Shown piece by piece: positions 13,406 to 25,747 of a stretch of DNA of 64,000 nt. Both the position numbers and the translations under genes were made by a program. The DNA lies in NCBI RefSeq assembly GCF_006345805.1, contig NC_043021.1, forward strand, positions 27,094,001-27,158,000, given 5' to 3'. The stretch's first letter is position 1. Every line of letters starts with the position of its first letter. This stretch comes from Octopus sinensis (lineage: Eukaryota). The notes beneath the pieces were generated by a model. That model searched no databases and was not told the origin of the DNA. It saw only the letters and a program-made list of their open reading frames with translations.

Positions 13406-14290
13406 GGTATTTCGTCCGTCTTTACGTTCTGAGTTCAAATTCTGCCGAGGTCTACTTTGCCTTTCATCCTTTCAGGGTCGCTGAAATAAATACCATTCGT
13501 GCACTGGGGTAGATTTCATCAACTTCACTTCTCCTAGGTATGAATATTAAAAAAAGTATCCCTCTGCCATATCATGTCGAGCCAGTGTGGAAAAGAAGGC
13601 TCCTCAAACCAGCGTGATCTCAAGCCGTTTTCTGGTGGAGAGAACATACTGAGGCCCTCGAACTGCGGTGGACTGAACATGGGAAATCTAATCCATGGCA
13701 TCCTTTGCTAGGAGAAATATATTTCCCCCTTATCATCACCATATTGAGACACTGCTTTTCATCCCTTGATTAAACCAATAAAATAATAGCACCGAAGTAA
13801 AATATTTTAATTCGAAAAAGAAACCAACGAATGTTCTCGACTAGAGGCAAGGTTTAATCTCCATTATTCTTTTCATTAAAAATATTGGAGTTATTTGAAG
13901 GCCATACAACTAAATAGAATCACTAGAATTAGAGCAAAAACAATAATAATAATAAATGACCATTTTTCTCCTTTTTGTAAAGGGACAACAGTGGCAGGGA
14001 CAACAGTGCGTCGGATAATGTTTGTTTCGGCTTTCTGTTCTCGTTTCAAATTCCACTGATGCCAACGTTGTTTTATATCTTTCTGGGTCGATAAATAAAA
14101 CACCAGTCAAGAACTTGGATCAGTTTTTAAAATATTTCCCCTTCTTCTCGTATTTCTGAATCAGTTACTTTGTGCTGAAAATGTCAAGAAGCAACACATT
14201 TGACTCCTTTGTCTAGAAATGTGGAATATTTATCAGCGACAGAGGCAGTATTAATACTGGGAGGTGATATTTATCCCCACTTAAGCGAGG

Positions 14291-14471
14291 ATGTTCTGTT
14301 AGAATAAAACATTCTGTGGTAGTTACCACGAGAGAAATTCTCATATTGGCTTTTTGGTGTAAAATAAACTCTTGTTCATAATGCTATAAACAAGCGTGAA
14401 TTTGCACCATAAGCCAATATGAGAGTTTCTCTTAAGGTAACTACCGCAGTATAGTTTGTTCTAACTGAAAA
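14291..14471. repeat. ~180-bp imperfect palindrome (foldback/MITE-like)
   Basis: GTGGTAGTTACC..GAGAAATTCTCATATTGGCTT is mirrored by AAGCCAATATGAGAGTTTCTC..GGTAACTACCGC. Confidence 0.75.
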
Positions 14472-14734
14472 TCCATTACCTCTCAGAAACAAGGCAAAAA
14501 GTGATTGAAATGGAAAATGTCAAAGGACAACCGATGTGAAACACAGCAAAAAGCGGGAAGAGGTCTTTATATCTTGAACTATATTATCTAACGTGGTATT
14601 TTCTTTTACTAAATCTGGAAACTGTTATTTCCAAAGCGTCAGTCTACCGAGGGAAGGTTCGCTGATGTCATGGAAGTGTATAATTGTGTGTGTGTGTGTG
14701 TTCGAGCATGTGTTTGCGAGTGCGTATGTGTTTT

Positions 14735-14925
14735 TTTTTACTACCCACAAGGATTAAGTCGATTATATCGACCCCAGTGCGTAACTGGTACTTATTTAAT
14801 CGGCCCCGAAAGGATGAAAGGCAAAGTCGACTCCGGCGGAATTTGAACTCAGAACGTAGTGACAGACGAAATACGGCTACGCATTTAAGCCGGTGTGCTA
14901 GCGTTTCTGCCAGCTCGCCGCCTTA
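14735..14925 (-). mobile_element. SINE family A copy
   Basis: Homologous to 6551-6778 and flanked by a GTG(C/T)GTATGTGTTT direct repeat. Confidence 0.8.
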
Positions 14926-15946
14926 AGTGTGTGTATGTGTTTCTGTAAGAGAATTTAGCGTAAGATGAAGCTGTTCAGTTGCCTTGTTAATCCTAATCCA
15001 TCAGATATATGATCACAGACATTCCATTCGTGAATGTCCTGTGCTGCCTTTCTTTTGAGTTGCAACAAAATCATTTGAGCCTCGGAGAGAATGCCTTGCG
15101 GTATATACATTCTGAGTTCAAATCCCATCGAAGTCAATCTTGTCTCATATATTTTCGAGATCGACAGAAACGTGCCAATCTAGGGCAGTAAAATGGCTAG
15201 ATTGCAAGAATGTCCACTTGGATGCCTTGAGATATTTGTTCCGTCTACTTGTGTTATGAGTTCAAATTCCACTATGGCCTACTTTGGAGGCAGACTTAAT
15301 TCTTCCCCATGTTTAACACCATCACCCGACACTTTCGTACATTTAGTGGAGTCCAATCCGTTGTAAGCATTCAAGTTAGGACTTTGGTTTGTGAATTGTT
15401 TCCTCTTCCCATCTCGCCAATTTTTGAGGCCCTGTAAAAAAAATAAAAAAATCACGGGCGTGGTCTTCCTTCTTGATTAAAATATATAAAGTATCCGGGA
15501 TTATAGAATCGAATTTCTTTTCCTTATTGTTTAAAGCATTAGGGTGTAATTTTGTTGCTATTTCTTGTAAACCGACTGATCACGTGGATGTTTTCATACT
15601 AACTACTTCAATGAATCTAGAATTTCTGATGGAATTACGAAAGACGTTCATTGCAACTGGAATTCCTGATGGAATTGCCAAGCACGTGGACCATCTACCA
15701 TACTCTTTCTTATCAAGCATAGTGTTTATTAAAGCTTGCATTGTGTGATTTGAGGGGATTTAGCTACTATTTCTAGCAGTCCATCACCCAAGATTAGTAC
15801 TTAATTGATCCCCTTCCCACTCTGTAACGGATGAACGGTGAAACTGACCTCCGTAGAACTTGAAGAGCGCGAAACTGACTTCACTGTCAAATTACGATCA
15901 GTGTTCAAAATGCGATGTTAAATGTTTCATTGATAAGACATACATT

Positions 15947-16322
15947 TTTCTTTTCTACTCTAGGCACAAGGCTTGAAATTTTAAGGGAAGGGGCCAATCG
16001 ATTAGATCGGCCCCAGTACGCAACTGGTACTTAATTTAGCGACCCCGAAAGGATGAAAGGCAAAGTCGACCTCGAAGGAATTTGAACTCAGGACGTAGCG
16101 GCAGGACAAGGGGCGACACACAGAGGGGACAAGCAAGGGCAGACAAACGGATTAAGTCGATTATATCGACCCCAGTGCGTAACTGGTACTTATTTAATCG
16201 GCCCCGAAAGGATGAAAGGCAAAGTCGACCTCGGCGGAATTTGAACTCAGGACGTAGCGGCAGACGAAATACCGCAAAGCATTTCGCCCGGCGTGCTAAC
16301 GTTTCTGCCAGCTCGCCGCCTT
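15947..16322 (-). mobile_element. Dimeric family A SINE with 14-bp TSD
   Basis: Two SINE bodies (tail A then tail B). TSD ATAAGACATACATT at 15933-15946 and 16323-16336. Confidence 0.85.
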
Positions 16323-18388
16323 ATAAGACATACATTATTGAAATATCACTCTACCCAAATGGATCTTCGAGTGAAAAAATATTGGTTCGAAAGTGAATTG
16401 AGAGTTTTAAGCAGTTTGATTTTATGGAGCCACATAAGGCAGGAAACCTATTATTGCACTGCTAATTTGATCAAATGGATCCCCAGTGTATTTCGACGAT
16501 GAGCACTCAGTTGCTCAATTCAGCTGAACATCAGACTTTGTTAAATTAACAAAACATAAGGGTAGGAATATTCCACAACTGGGTGTGTTCTCAAAAACTA
16601 ATTCGTGAGCCGAGTCGGTGTGACACAACGCACAGCCTACCCAACGGATGCTCTACAAATTCTTCCCAGTTCACTTTATTGATCAATCAAACCCATGAAA
16701 AGTGAAAGGCAAAGATTACTTAGTTAAGATGTAAAATCAGAACGCTATGTAGGCATTTTGACCCCTACTCTAATGACTCTACTTTCGACACTCATTTTGT
16801 GTAAAAGAATAAATATGCTGACCCAGTGTGCTTGCCTCTGCAATCGAACTATACGATTGCAAAGTGGCGTTTTTAACCACGCGTCTATATTCGCACAGGT
16901 GTTACATATTGTTGACTGTGATCATTGTAAAATAATTATCAACCTCTGAGAGTGAGTGACCATTTCATGATATTGAATGTATGTGTGTGTGTATGTGTGC
17001 GCGTGTGAGTGTTTGAATGTGTGTGTGAATGTTTGTGTGTATGTGTGTGTGCGTGTGCGTGTGTGTGAGGAGGTGGAGTTAAAGTTAATTATAAGTCAAA
17101 AATGTCAAATCAATTCAACTTTTAATTTTTAGCATTTTGAAAAAATCGATTGATAATCGATTTTTTTTTGTTTCCAAAGAATGGATCATAAAGTTTTAAT
17201 TACACGGATTCCATAGCAGATCTTGCTAATCTAGGGCCCACAATATTGTTAGAAAGGTGGGTAACTGGAAAAATCGTTACCGCGCCGCACAAAATGCATA
17301 GGTATTTCTACGGGCTCTTTATGTCCTGTGTTCAAATCCCACCAAGGTTGACATCATCTTTCATCCTTAAGGGTACGATAAAAAAAAGTACCATTTCAGT
17401 GATGAGGTCGGTGTAATCGACTCCCCGCTCCCTTCAAAACTGCTGGCTTCGTGTCAAAATTAGAAAGAAAAATATTTAGAATTGTTACAGTTTTTGTTGT
17501 TCATATCAAGCTCAGCCCTGATCAGGCAGACTTTGAATCAAAGATGTTTCAGTCATCGGAATTCTATCTTTCTGTATATCTCTAACACTGGAAGCAAGTT
17601 GGCAGATTTGCTAGAGCATCAGATAGTACAGTTTGTTGAACTTACTCCAGATTTCTGGGTTCTGAGTTCAAATCCCATCGAGGTTAGCTTTCCTTATTTA
17701 TTCTTTCGGCGTCGATACACAAAATACAACTCCGGTACTGGGATTAATTTTTCTCTCTTTTCCTCTCAAAAATTGGTTGCTAAAATCTAGTGAGGGATGG
17801 GTTCTGTCGGGTTTAGAATACTTAAGCCACATCGTATGTTACAATGGTGCTCCTACGACTCAAGAAGGAATCATAGGGATATCACCTTAGTAGGAATAAC
17901 GTTAAAGAAGGAAGGAAGAGTATTTTTCCCAGAGTCGATAAGGCATGATTTCAAGAACAGACTTAGCTGCTATTTCTAGCCGGTCAAGCTACCTCTTTGG
18001 GATTCCACTGTTGATACACACACACACACACTTGCACACAGACACACACATTTGTACACACCCGCACACACTCATGCAAACACGAACTTAATCGTGGTCA
18101 CATTATGTCGTGCATCTGTTGAACCACACTATCAATTTCCATTTGAAACGAGTTTGTAATTAAAAACTCATAAACATACAAATCATATTTTATGAAAAAG
18201 TAATTTTATGGGGATTCTTAATGAATTTTATAAAAGCGTTGTCAAATAGACATAAGATCAAAGGTGTTCTCGTCTTCATTATATATCCTTGATTTTGTTT
18301 TATTTTATACCGAAGGAGAATTGGTTGGTATTTCTGGACTCCTTCACTGGCTTTCTGCATGTATGTGTGCACGCTTGTATATATGTAA

Positions 18389-18520
18389 GGTAGCGTGGCC
18401 TTGTGGTTAGGGTGTTGCACTCACGATCGCAAGATCGTGATTTCAATTCGCGGACCGGGTGGTGAGTGGTGTTCTTGAGCAAAATATTTAAATTCACATT
18501 GCTTTGTGATCACTTCGACG
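18389..18520 (+). mobile_element. tRNA-derived CORE-like SINE 5' fragment
   Basis: GGTAGCGTGGCCTTGTGGTTAG head and GTGTTCTTGAGCAAAA segment, homologous to 48103-48445. Confidence 0.6.
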
Positions 18521-18539
18521 TTAACTGGTTGATTTTTTT

Positions 18540-19030
18540 TTCTGAAAACACCAGTCTAGTCTTTCCAGGTCATCGCTTAGGCATTTACTTACAAAACTAA
18601 GTGCACCAGTTATTACTGGTATAAATGTGAGTTCATAATCTGGATATAAGAGTTGGAGATTTCGAAGCAGTTATCCATAGTTACTTCTTTCTCTTTGATT
18701 TCTAGACATATTCACATGATCAGGGCAGCTGAACTCTGCGACAATACATTCTATCTTTTGTCTGTCTCAAACAACAATATTCAGCCTGTTATGTTAGCAT
18801 TTTTCAGAAGTGTTGATGGGAATGTTCCACCAGTATTCCTTGTGTTGATGTTTGTGTATGTATTCAATAGCAGGCTATTCTCTATATTCATTCCAAGAAA
18901 GTCTTCTTGTAAATTGATTTCGCATAGGGAGGTAGTATCCGGATGACATATTTGGGCAGCGGCGAATCTCGTGTGATGTCTTCCACAGAAATATGACATA
19001 AACTACACAGTCCCTTTTGTTCATAAAATA
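18540..19030 (-). mobile_element. Decayed RLE-type (R4/Dong-like) element, endonuclease domain
   Basis: Minus-strand translation gives ...CPNMSSGYYLPMR... and KHNRLNIVV*DRQKIECIVAEFSCPDHVN...LQLLYPDYELTFIPVITGAL, a PD-(D/E)xK-type RLE domain. Appears related to 1-850. Confidence 0.65.
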
Positions 19031-19784
19031 TTTTGTATCATAGGTGCAGGAGTGGCTGTGTGGTAAGTAGCTTGCTAACGCACATGCGCAGTTAGTCAGT
19101 TGCTTCCTGTTCAGCCAGAGTGGACGCGAGCCAACCAGCTCCGTCCAATTAAAGAAAAAAGACCAAAAACGGAAAGTTGTCGAGGTAAGTGATTTTGTTT
19201 ATTGTGAGTTGGGCATAATTTATTGCGTGCCAATTATTATTTCAGTAAGTTGTGTCCAACTCTGAGACAATTTCGCCTGCTCTCGGCGGCTGCCGTTTTT
19301 GTGTTCATTGAAAAAAAAGAAAAAACAGTGGAGGGGGTATCCTCGAAATTCAATACAGTTACTGTTAAAATTACCGTTGGCGGTAGCCAGTGCTGTGTTT
19401 GGGTTTGTTGAATTTATTCCCTTGTCAGAGTACTTCGCAAGAAAATTATAAAAATAAGCCACTATTGGATTACCTTTCGGACCCATTTTTGTGGAGGTTG
19501 TGTTGCAGTTGCGGCGTTCCAGGTTCAACCCAGGCCGGGAGTACCGCAAGGCCAGAATATTTTTGCTGTGTTTTTTCTGTTTATTAACTTTCTTTTGAAC
19601 TTCATTTAACCCCCCCTTTTGTTTTGTTTTTTTTTTTTCTTTATTGCGACTTTCCGTTGATTTCTCCCCTTCTGTTGTGCTTTCTCCTTTTTGTTTTTTC
19701 AAAAATCTATCAAATTTTATTTGGACTTTTGAACTTTTTTCTTCCTGCTTTTTGAGTTTAATTTGAATATATTAAAAAAAAAAC

Positions 19785-21023
19785 ATGGCAATGAAAAATA
19801 ACAAAATTTTGGAGTGGGAAATGATACCACCTGAAAAGTGGTTAAAAGACCGTGAAGATAGGACGGTGGTGTTGAGAACCTACTCCAAGGCACTCGACAC
19901 CATCGCCATATTCGAAAAGACGGCGATTGAAAAGGAGTTGGAAGAGTATTTGCCAACAATTAAATACATTTCCAGGGGTGTCAAATATGCAACGGTGTGG
20001 TTGCTATTTGACACCCCTGAAGAGGCTTGCAAATTTGCTAGCAAACCCCTGGAGGGTAAGGAAATCTTATTCCTGCCCACGTACAAAAAAAGAAATTGAT
20101 GAAAGCTTGGATTTGCGGGCTGCCACCCGACATAGAACCCGAGTGGATAGAGGAGACTATCCGCCGGGGTCTGGGTGACAGCGAAACTAAGCTCCTCAAT
20201 GTAAAAGTTCTTCCTGCGGCTGCTTGGGTTGTGTCAAAAGCAATTTTGACCCTGTGGACCCAATCAGCCAATCTGGTTCTTCCAGATTTTTTTTAAATGG
20301 CCGGGTGCAGGTACCCGGTGATGCTTGAGGGTCGCCCCCCTAAGTGTCATCGGTGCTTGGAGTCCGGCCACATAAAGAAGAACTGTCCTCGGGAACAAAA
20401 TAGGATCCCGGAACAGTTAAGTAAAACCCCTCTAGAAGAGGGAACGATAACGGCCGAGAAAGCAGAGGACTCCTCAAACAGAGGCCGAAAGAGGATGGTG
20501 AGCAACAATGGGTGCTCACCAAAGGATAATAGGGATGAGGAGAGGAAGGCGAATCTTCCAGCCACGGAGGAGACGCACCCTCCCTCAGTTGAAAAGGGGA
20601 AAAAAAAAGAAAAAGAGGAAGAAAAACGGGACATTACCGGCTGTCAGTGTAGCACCGGAATGTCCCGGAACTACGTCGGTTGGGGTTGTGCCACCGACAA
20701 GAGAAGGAATACCGTTGGCGGGAACTGTGCCGCCAACGAAAGAACTGAACGTATTGGTCCTCTTCTATAGAGGAGGAGAAATTGAAAAAGTGATGGAAGA
20801 GCACTACAAGGGAGCACCTTTAGCCTTCACACAGGACCCCGAATGGCCTCCGCAGGTAGCTGTGGAGGCCGTGGCGTTCGACGTGACGCTTGGGCTAAAG
20901 GAGCTCAATGAAGATTATAACTTGGTCCCGGGCGACGCGAACTCGGAACTTGATTACGTTCTGAGGGAGGCGTGGTTGATGGTGGAGGGCGCGGGCACAA
21001 GCTATTTCGAGGACGATATGTAA
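19785..21023 (+). pseudogene. ORF1/gag-like protein (~410 aa) with CCHC zinc knuckle, disrupted at three homopolymer sites
   Basis: Joins ORFs 19785-20099, 20096-20296, 20297-~20605 and ~20605-21023. Contains CHRCLESGHIKKNC (CX2CX4HX4C) after MLEGRPPK, an RRM-like N-terminal part and a Lys-rich linker. Defects lie at an A-run (~20085), a T/A-run stop (20294) and an A-run (~20600). Confidence 0.7.
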
Positions 21024-21040
21024 TTATTGAACTGTTAGTA

Positions 21041-21315
21041 TTAATAATGGACTGCTAAGTCCAAAAATTGAAAAATTGTAAGAGGTTTAATACCTCGTTT
21101 TGTATTTTTATTACTAATGGACTGCTAAGTCCAAAAATTGGAAAATTGAAAGAGGTTTAATACCTCGTTTTGTATTTTTATTAATAATGGACTGCTAAGT
21201 CCAAAAATTGGAAAAATTGTAAGAGGTTTAATACCTCGTTTTGTATTTTTATTAATAATGGACTGCTAAGTCCAAAAATTGGAAAAATTGTAAGAGGTTT
21301 AATACCTCGTTTTGT
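21041..21315 (+). repeat. ~70-bp tandem repeat x ~4 in the element's 3' UTR
   Basis: Units start at 21041, 21111, 21181 and 21252 (TTAATAATGGACTGCTAAGTCC...GAGGTTTAATACCTCGTTTTG). Confidence 0.92.
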
Positions 21316-21657
21316 GTTTATCTTTAAAAAGAACAATGTTTTAGAGAAGCGAAAGTCGGCGGGCGCTTTTTGTCTTCTCCCATCCTTATCATCTTTCTTT
21401 CATTATCATTCACCTCATTAATGTCCTCGTCCAGCCCGCAAAGCTAACTTAATCTGTGTACTGCCTTTATGGCAAATGTTTTGAAATAAAGTAGCTTGCT
21501 TACGAACCACATGGTTCTGGGTTCAGTCCCACTGCGTGGAACCTTGAGAAAGTGTCTTCTAATATAGCCTCGGGCTGACCAAAGCCTTGTGAGTGGATTT
21601 GGTAGACGGAAACTGAAAGAAGCCCGTCGTATATATGTATATATATATATATTATAT

Positions 21658-21705
<48 letters not shown>

Positions 21706-23039
21706 CGCGTGTGTGTGTGTGTGTGTGTGTATTTGTGTGTCTGTGTTTATCCAACATGTCTGTGTTTGACAACCGATGCTGGTGTGTTTACGTCCCTGTA
21801 ACTTAGCGGTTCGGCAAAAGAGACTGATAGAATAAGTACCAGGCTTACAAAGAATAAGACCAGGGGTCGAAAGGCGGTGCTCCAGTATGGCCACAGTCAA
21901 ATGACTGAAACAAGTAAAAGAGTAAAGAGTACCAATCTACTATTCTTGAATTGAAAACGCATATCCTTTCAAGTGTGATATTATGTAGCAGGCCAAGGAA
22001 GCTGCCACTTCATATCGATATTACTGTCTTCTACAAGTCTTCTGGAAGCTACCCATGGATAACTTTCTTTTCATATGCTGAGCGTTTCCCACCCAGATCC
22101 TCTTTCATATGTATGATTCGAGTTGTTTTGAGGTCATGAATGTATTTATGCATGAATGTATATATGTATTCGTGCATGTAGGGTGTATATGTATGTATGC
22201 ATGCATGTATGTATGTGTGTATGTATGTGTGCATGTATGTATGTATGTATGTATGTACGTACGTACGTATGCATGTACGTACGTATGCATGTATGCATGT
22301 ATGTACATATGCATGTATGCATGCATAGCTACACTTCCCAAATGAGAATAAGTGGTCTAAGATAGGAGTAGGAAAATAGGCCTGAGAACCACGGTGCAGA
22401 CGTGCAGAATCCAGGCGAATACAGAAAAAGCAAATATAAGAAAATACTGAAAATACTGCAGCAGTTACAGCGAGACCTGTGCTATTCTCAGGCATTAAAA
22501 AACGTATGAATTACTTCTCGTTTAAAGTTCTCTTTTTCTTGTATGCGTACGATGTCTGAATGTATGTCACAACACAAAACTTCTCGTTCATCTTTATGCT
22601 TTCACACTGTCGTCCTTTCGTGTAATTCACTTCTTTGCGTATCTGTATGTTTTGCTATATAATTATATCGGAAATTAAACATTCACGAAGTAAGAGAACA
22701 ATACATTTTTTCAATATTTTTTTTTATTACAAGTTCCCTGCAGCATTGCTAAAAGTAGGAAGTAATTTTCCTCTTAATCTTCACACCAGCTTTTTATTTC
22801 TGAAGACAATGGAAGTGATATCACAATTATGACTTTTCCATCTTGATCCTTTATAAATAATGTTTTAAAATGTAGGTCGACGGCACTCTCACAGTTTATG
22901 TGTGAAATATTCGCTTTTACACAACCGAAGCATGAATACGTTTTTTCGAAGAAAATCCTTTTCCTTAAAGTCAGCATTAATAAATTGTTTTGTTTCATGT
23001 ATGTATGTATGTATGTATGTATGTATGTATATAATATAT

Positions 23040-23096
<57 letters not shown>

Positions 23097-23243
23097 CAGA
23101 GAATTTAAACAAAATGTATAGTAGATGATGAGTAAAGCACCGGCACAGATTCGATTACCTCTTGCTATCCGTAGATTTATTGCAGGAACTTCGTAGTGGC
23201 GGTTGAGGTAACAGTATTAGTAAAATAGATGGAATAAAACATT

Positions 23244-23300
23244 TTATTTAGTACGACACATGTTTCGACCCGTTCTGGGTCTCTTCGAGTACATAAATAA
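23244..23300 (-). ncRNA. Degenerate type I hammerhead ribozyme motif (PLE-end-like)
   Basis: Minus strand: TTATTTATGTA CTCGAAGA GACCC-AGAAC-GGGTC GAAA CATGTG TC GTACTAAATAA. The core carries an extra C. Confidence 0.45.
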
Positions 23301-23440
23301 CTAAAAAGATAAAAAAGTATCACCAGAGATTCTCTGATTCGGTTTTACTGCTATATGTCCACCCGAATTGATCGAGAACGGTTTGAAACGTGTCGTACTA
23401 AATAAATAAATAATAAATAAATAAATAAATAAATAAATAA

Positions 23441-23479
<39 letters not shown>

Positions 23480-23705
23480 TATATATATACATATATACAT
23501 ATATATATATATGTACATATATATATAAATAGATAGTTAGATAAATACACACACACATACACACGCACACGCGCACACATACAACTTGCATGAAGCAGCG
23601 AACGGGAGTTTCTTAATTTCCGGTTACAGACGACCACTCGGGTTGAAAGACTGTTATATATTATTCACGAACAAGAACAATGATAATTGTTTCTGATTCA
23701 GACAC

Positions 23706-23781
<76 letters not shown>

Positions 23782-24017
23782 GTCCATAACATCAACATCA
23801 ATAATTGAGTGATAGTCTGATTTATTGTACCTGGAGGAAAAGATGCCGTTAAAGGATTTGGTTTCGGAATGTTGTTTTGGTTAGGATCCCGTAACGTAGC
23901 GCTTCGGCCGAAAGAGATCGATAGAACAAATAACAGGTTGCAAAATATGTACTTGGATTTAATACCTTCATAAAACACTTCAAGGTTCTGCACTATTATG
24001 TCCGAAGTCCGATAAAT

Positions 24018-24300
24018 CAGAGTTTCTCAACCATTTTGTATCTATGGATCCGTTTAGTTATTATTTTATTCTGGGCCCCAATTGTCATTTGATGTTTAAA
24101 AAGCTAGTTTTCTAGAAACTTCTTTCAATATTTCTGTTTCGTTTTTCACACATTAACTTATGTGGGTTGAACTATGTGAAATGTTAGAGAAAGAAAATTG
24201 GCTGTTTCTTGTAATAAATGTCAATGCATACATCTAATGCAAAACATTTTCAAGGGCCCTTAAAATACTATTGTGGATCCCCAATTTACTATGAAAGTTC
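24018..24300 (+). mobile_element. Possible hAT-derived MITE fragment
   Basis: Starts CAGAGTTTCTCAACC, resembling hAT/Charlie termini. The other end was not identified. Confidence 0.35.
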
Positions 24301-24876
24301 TAGACAGGGAAATTCATAGTTTATAAGGAATAAAATAGAAGAATAAGGAGTAAAAGTAGATAGAAGAAAACAGACACGAGAATAAAGTTCACAGTTCATC
24401 TTTTTCAAGAGGGTATGGTGGCTGGTCCACCATATCCACCACACCTTCCGTGAAGGTATAAGCCCTTAGGTATAATACCAGGTAAATCCAGGCAGTATTT
24501 TGACAGTATTTTGAATGATACTTTTATGTTAAAGTAATGGATTAAGTGGTTAGCTATGTAAATGGTCCATGTGGGTATATAGTGTGAGAAAAACAAATAC
24601 AAGTGGGTTGTAAGTGAGTGCATAGAAGAGAGAGAGGAGAAAGAAGGAAAAGAAAGGACTGGGATAGGTGTGGGAAAGAATGAATGAGAGAAGAAGAAAA
24701 GTAAAATCAGCCCTGTGTGCTGGTACCTTGCTGGAGTCGGACCAGTATCTCTGAGCCTGCCGGGTGTAACACTTTCACCATCAAGGGCTTCAGTTTCCTT
24801 ACCACTGCTATTTACAATAATTTGTTTTTTCATTGTCACACATATGAGGTAGCGATTATCAGGTCGCGCAATTACC

Positions 24877-24941
<65 letters not shown>

Positions 24942-25170
24942 CATCATTATTATTATTATTATTATCATTATTATATATACATACAAATTTTCTACATATG
25001 TGTACATATACACTCACTCACACACACATACACACATACATATATGCAAAAATATATCGATAGACATATATAAACGATCACCTGAGACGTTTCACACCTG
25101 GCTTGTTGAATTATAACTACACAATATCTCACCTATGAACTATTAGTGCCAGCATGCGTCGAAACAATTG

Positions 25171-25362
<192 letters not shown>

Positions 25363-25413
25363 TATATGTATATGTATATATATATATATATTATATATAT
25401 ATATATATATATG

Positions 25414-25495
<82 letters not shown>

Positions 25496-25715
25496 TAACT
25501 AATTACAAATATATGTCAGCGTAAAATTGCACAATAAGAGACAAAGACACATACGAATAGATGTACAAACCAACAAAGGCGACACAAATTCATGCACGCA
25601 CACCCTCCCACACAACACACTGATATATATATATATATACATAACGAAATGTTACCGGTAAGCAGTGTTTAAGCATAAGAATTTAGGTTAGTCACAAACA
25701 TATTTCAATTAAACT

Positions 25716-25747
<32 letters not shown>

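Larger units (their letters stand above)
19077..21488 (+). mobile_element. ORF1-only (HAL1-like) non-LTR retroelement, probably L1/Tx1-type
   Basis: TSD AAGTAGCTTGCT (19065-19076 and 21489-21500), terminal AATAAA, a single gag/ORF1-like frame, no RT and no LTRs. Confidence 0.75.
19043..21930 (+). mobile_element. SINE family B split by a 2.4-kb insertion (pieces 19043-19076 and 21489-21930)
   Basis: Head GGTGCAGGAGTGGCTGTGTGGTAAGTAGCTTGCT resumes as TACGAACCACATGG... at 21501. The uninterrupted version is on the minus strand at 59945-60385. Confidence 0.85.

Noticed and set aside
21041-21315. CRISPR-like array or twister ribozyme
   Set aside because: The units are wholly repeated with no unique spacers, the context is eukaryotic with no cas genes, and the twister consensus and pseudoknots could not be matched.
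19077-21488. LTR retrotransposon gag or host zinc-knuckle gene
   Set aside because: No LTRs, TG..CA ends or PBS. It has a 10-12-bp TSD and terminal AATAAA within a SINE, which fits target-primed non-LTR insertion.
24405-24880. GC-richer segment possibly a LINE 5' UTR with an HDV-like ribozyme
   Set aside because: The nested double-pseudoknot pattern could not be assembled by eye and no linked ORF was found.
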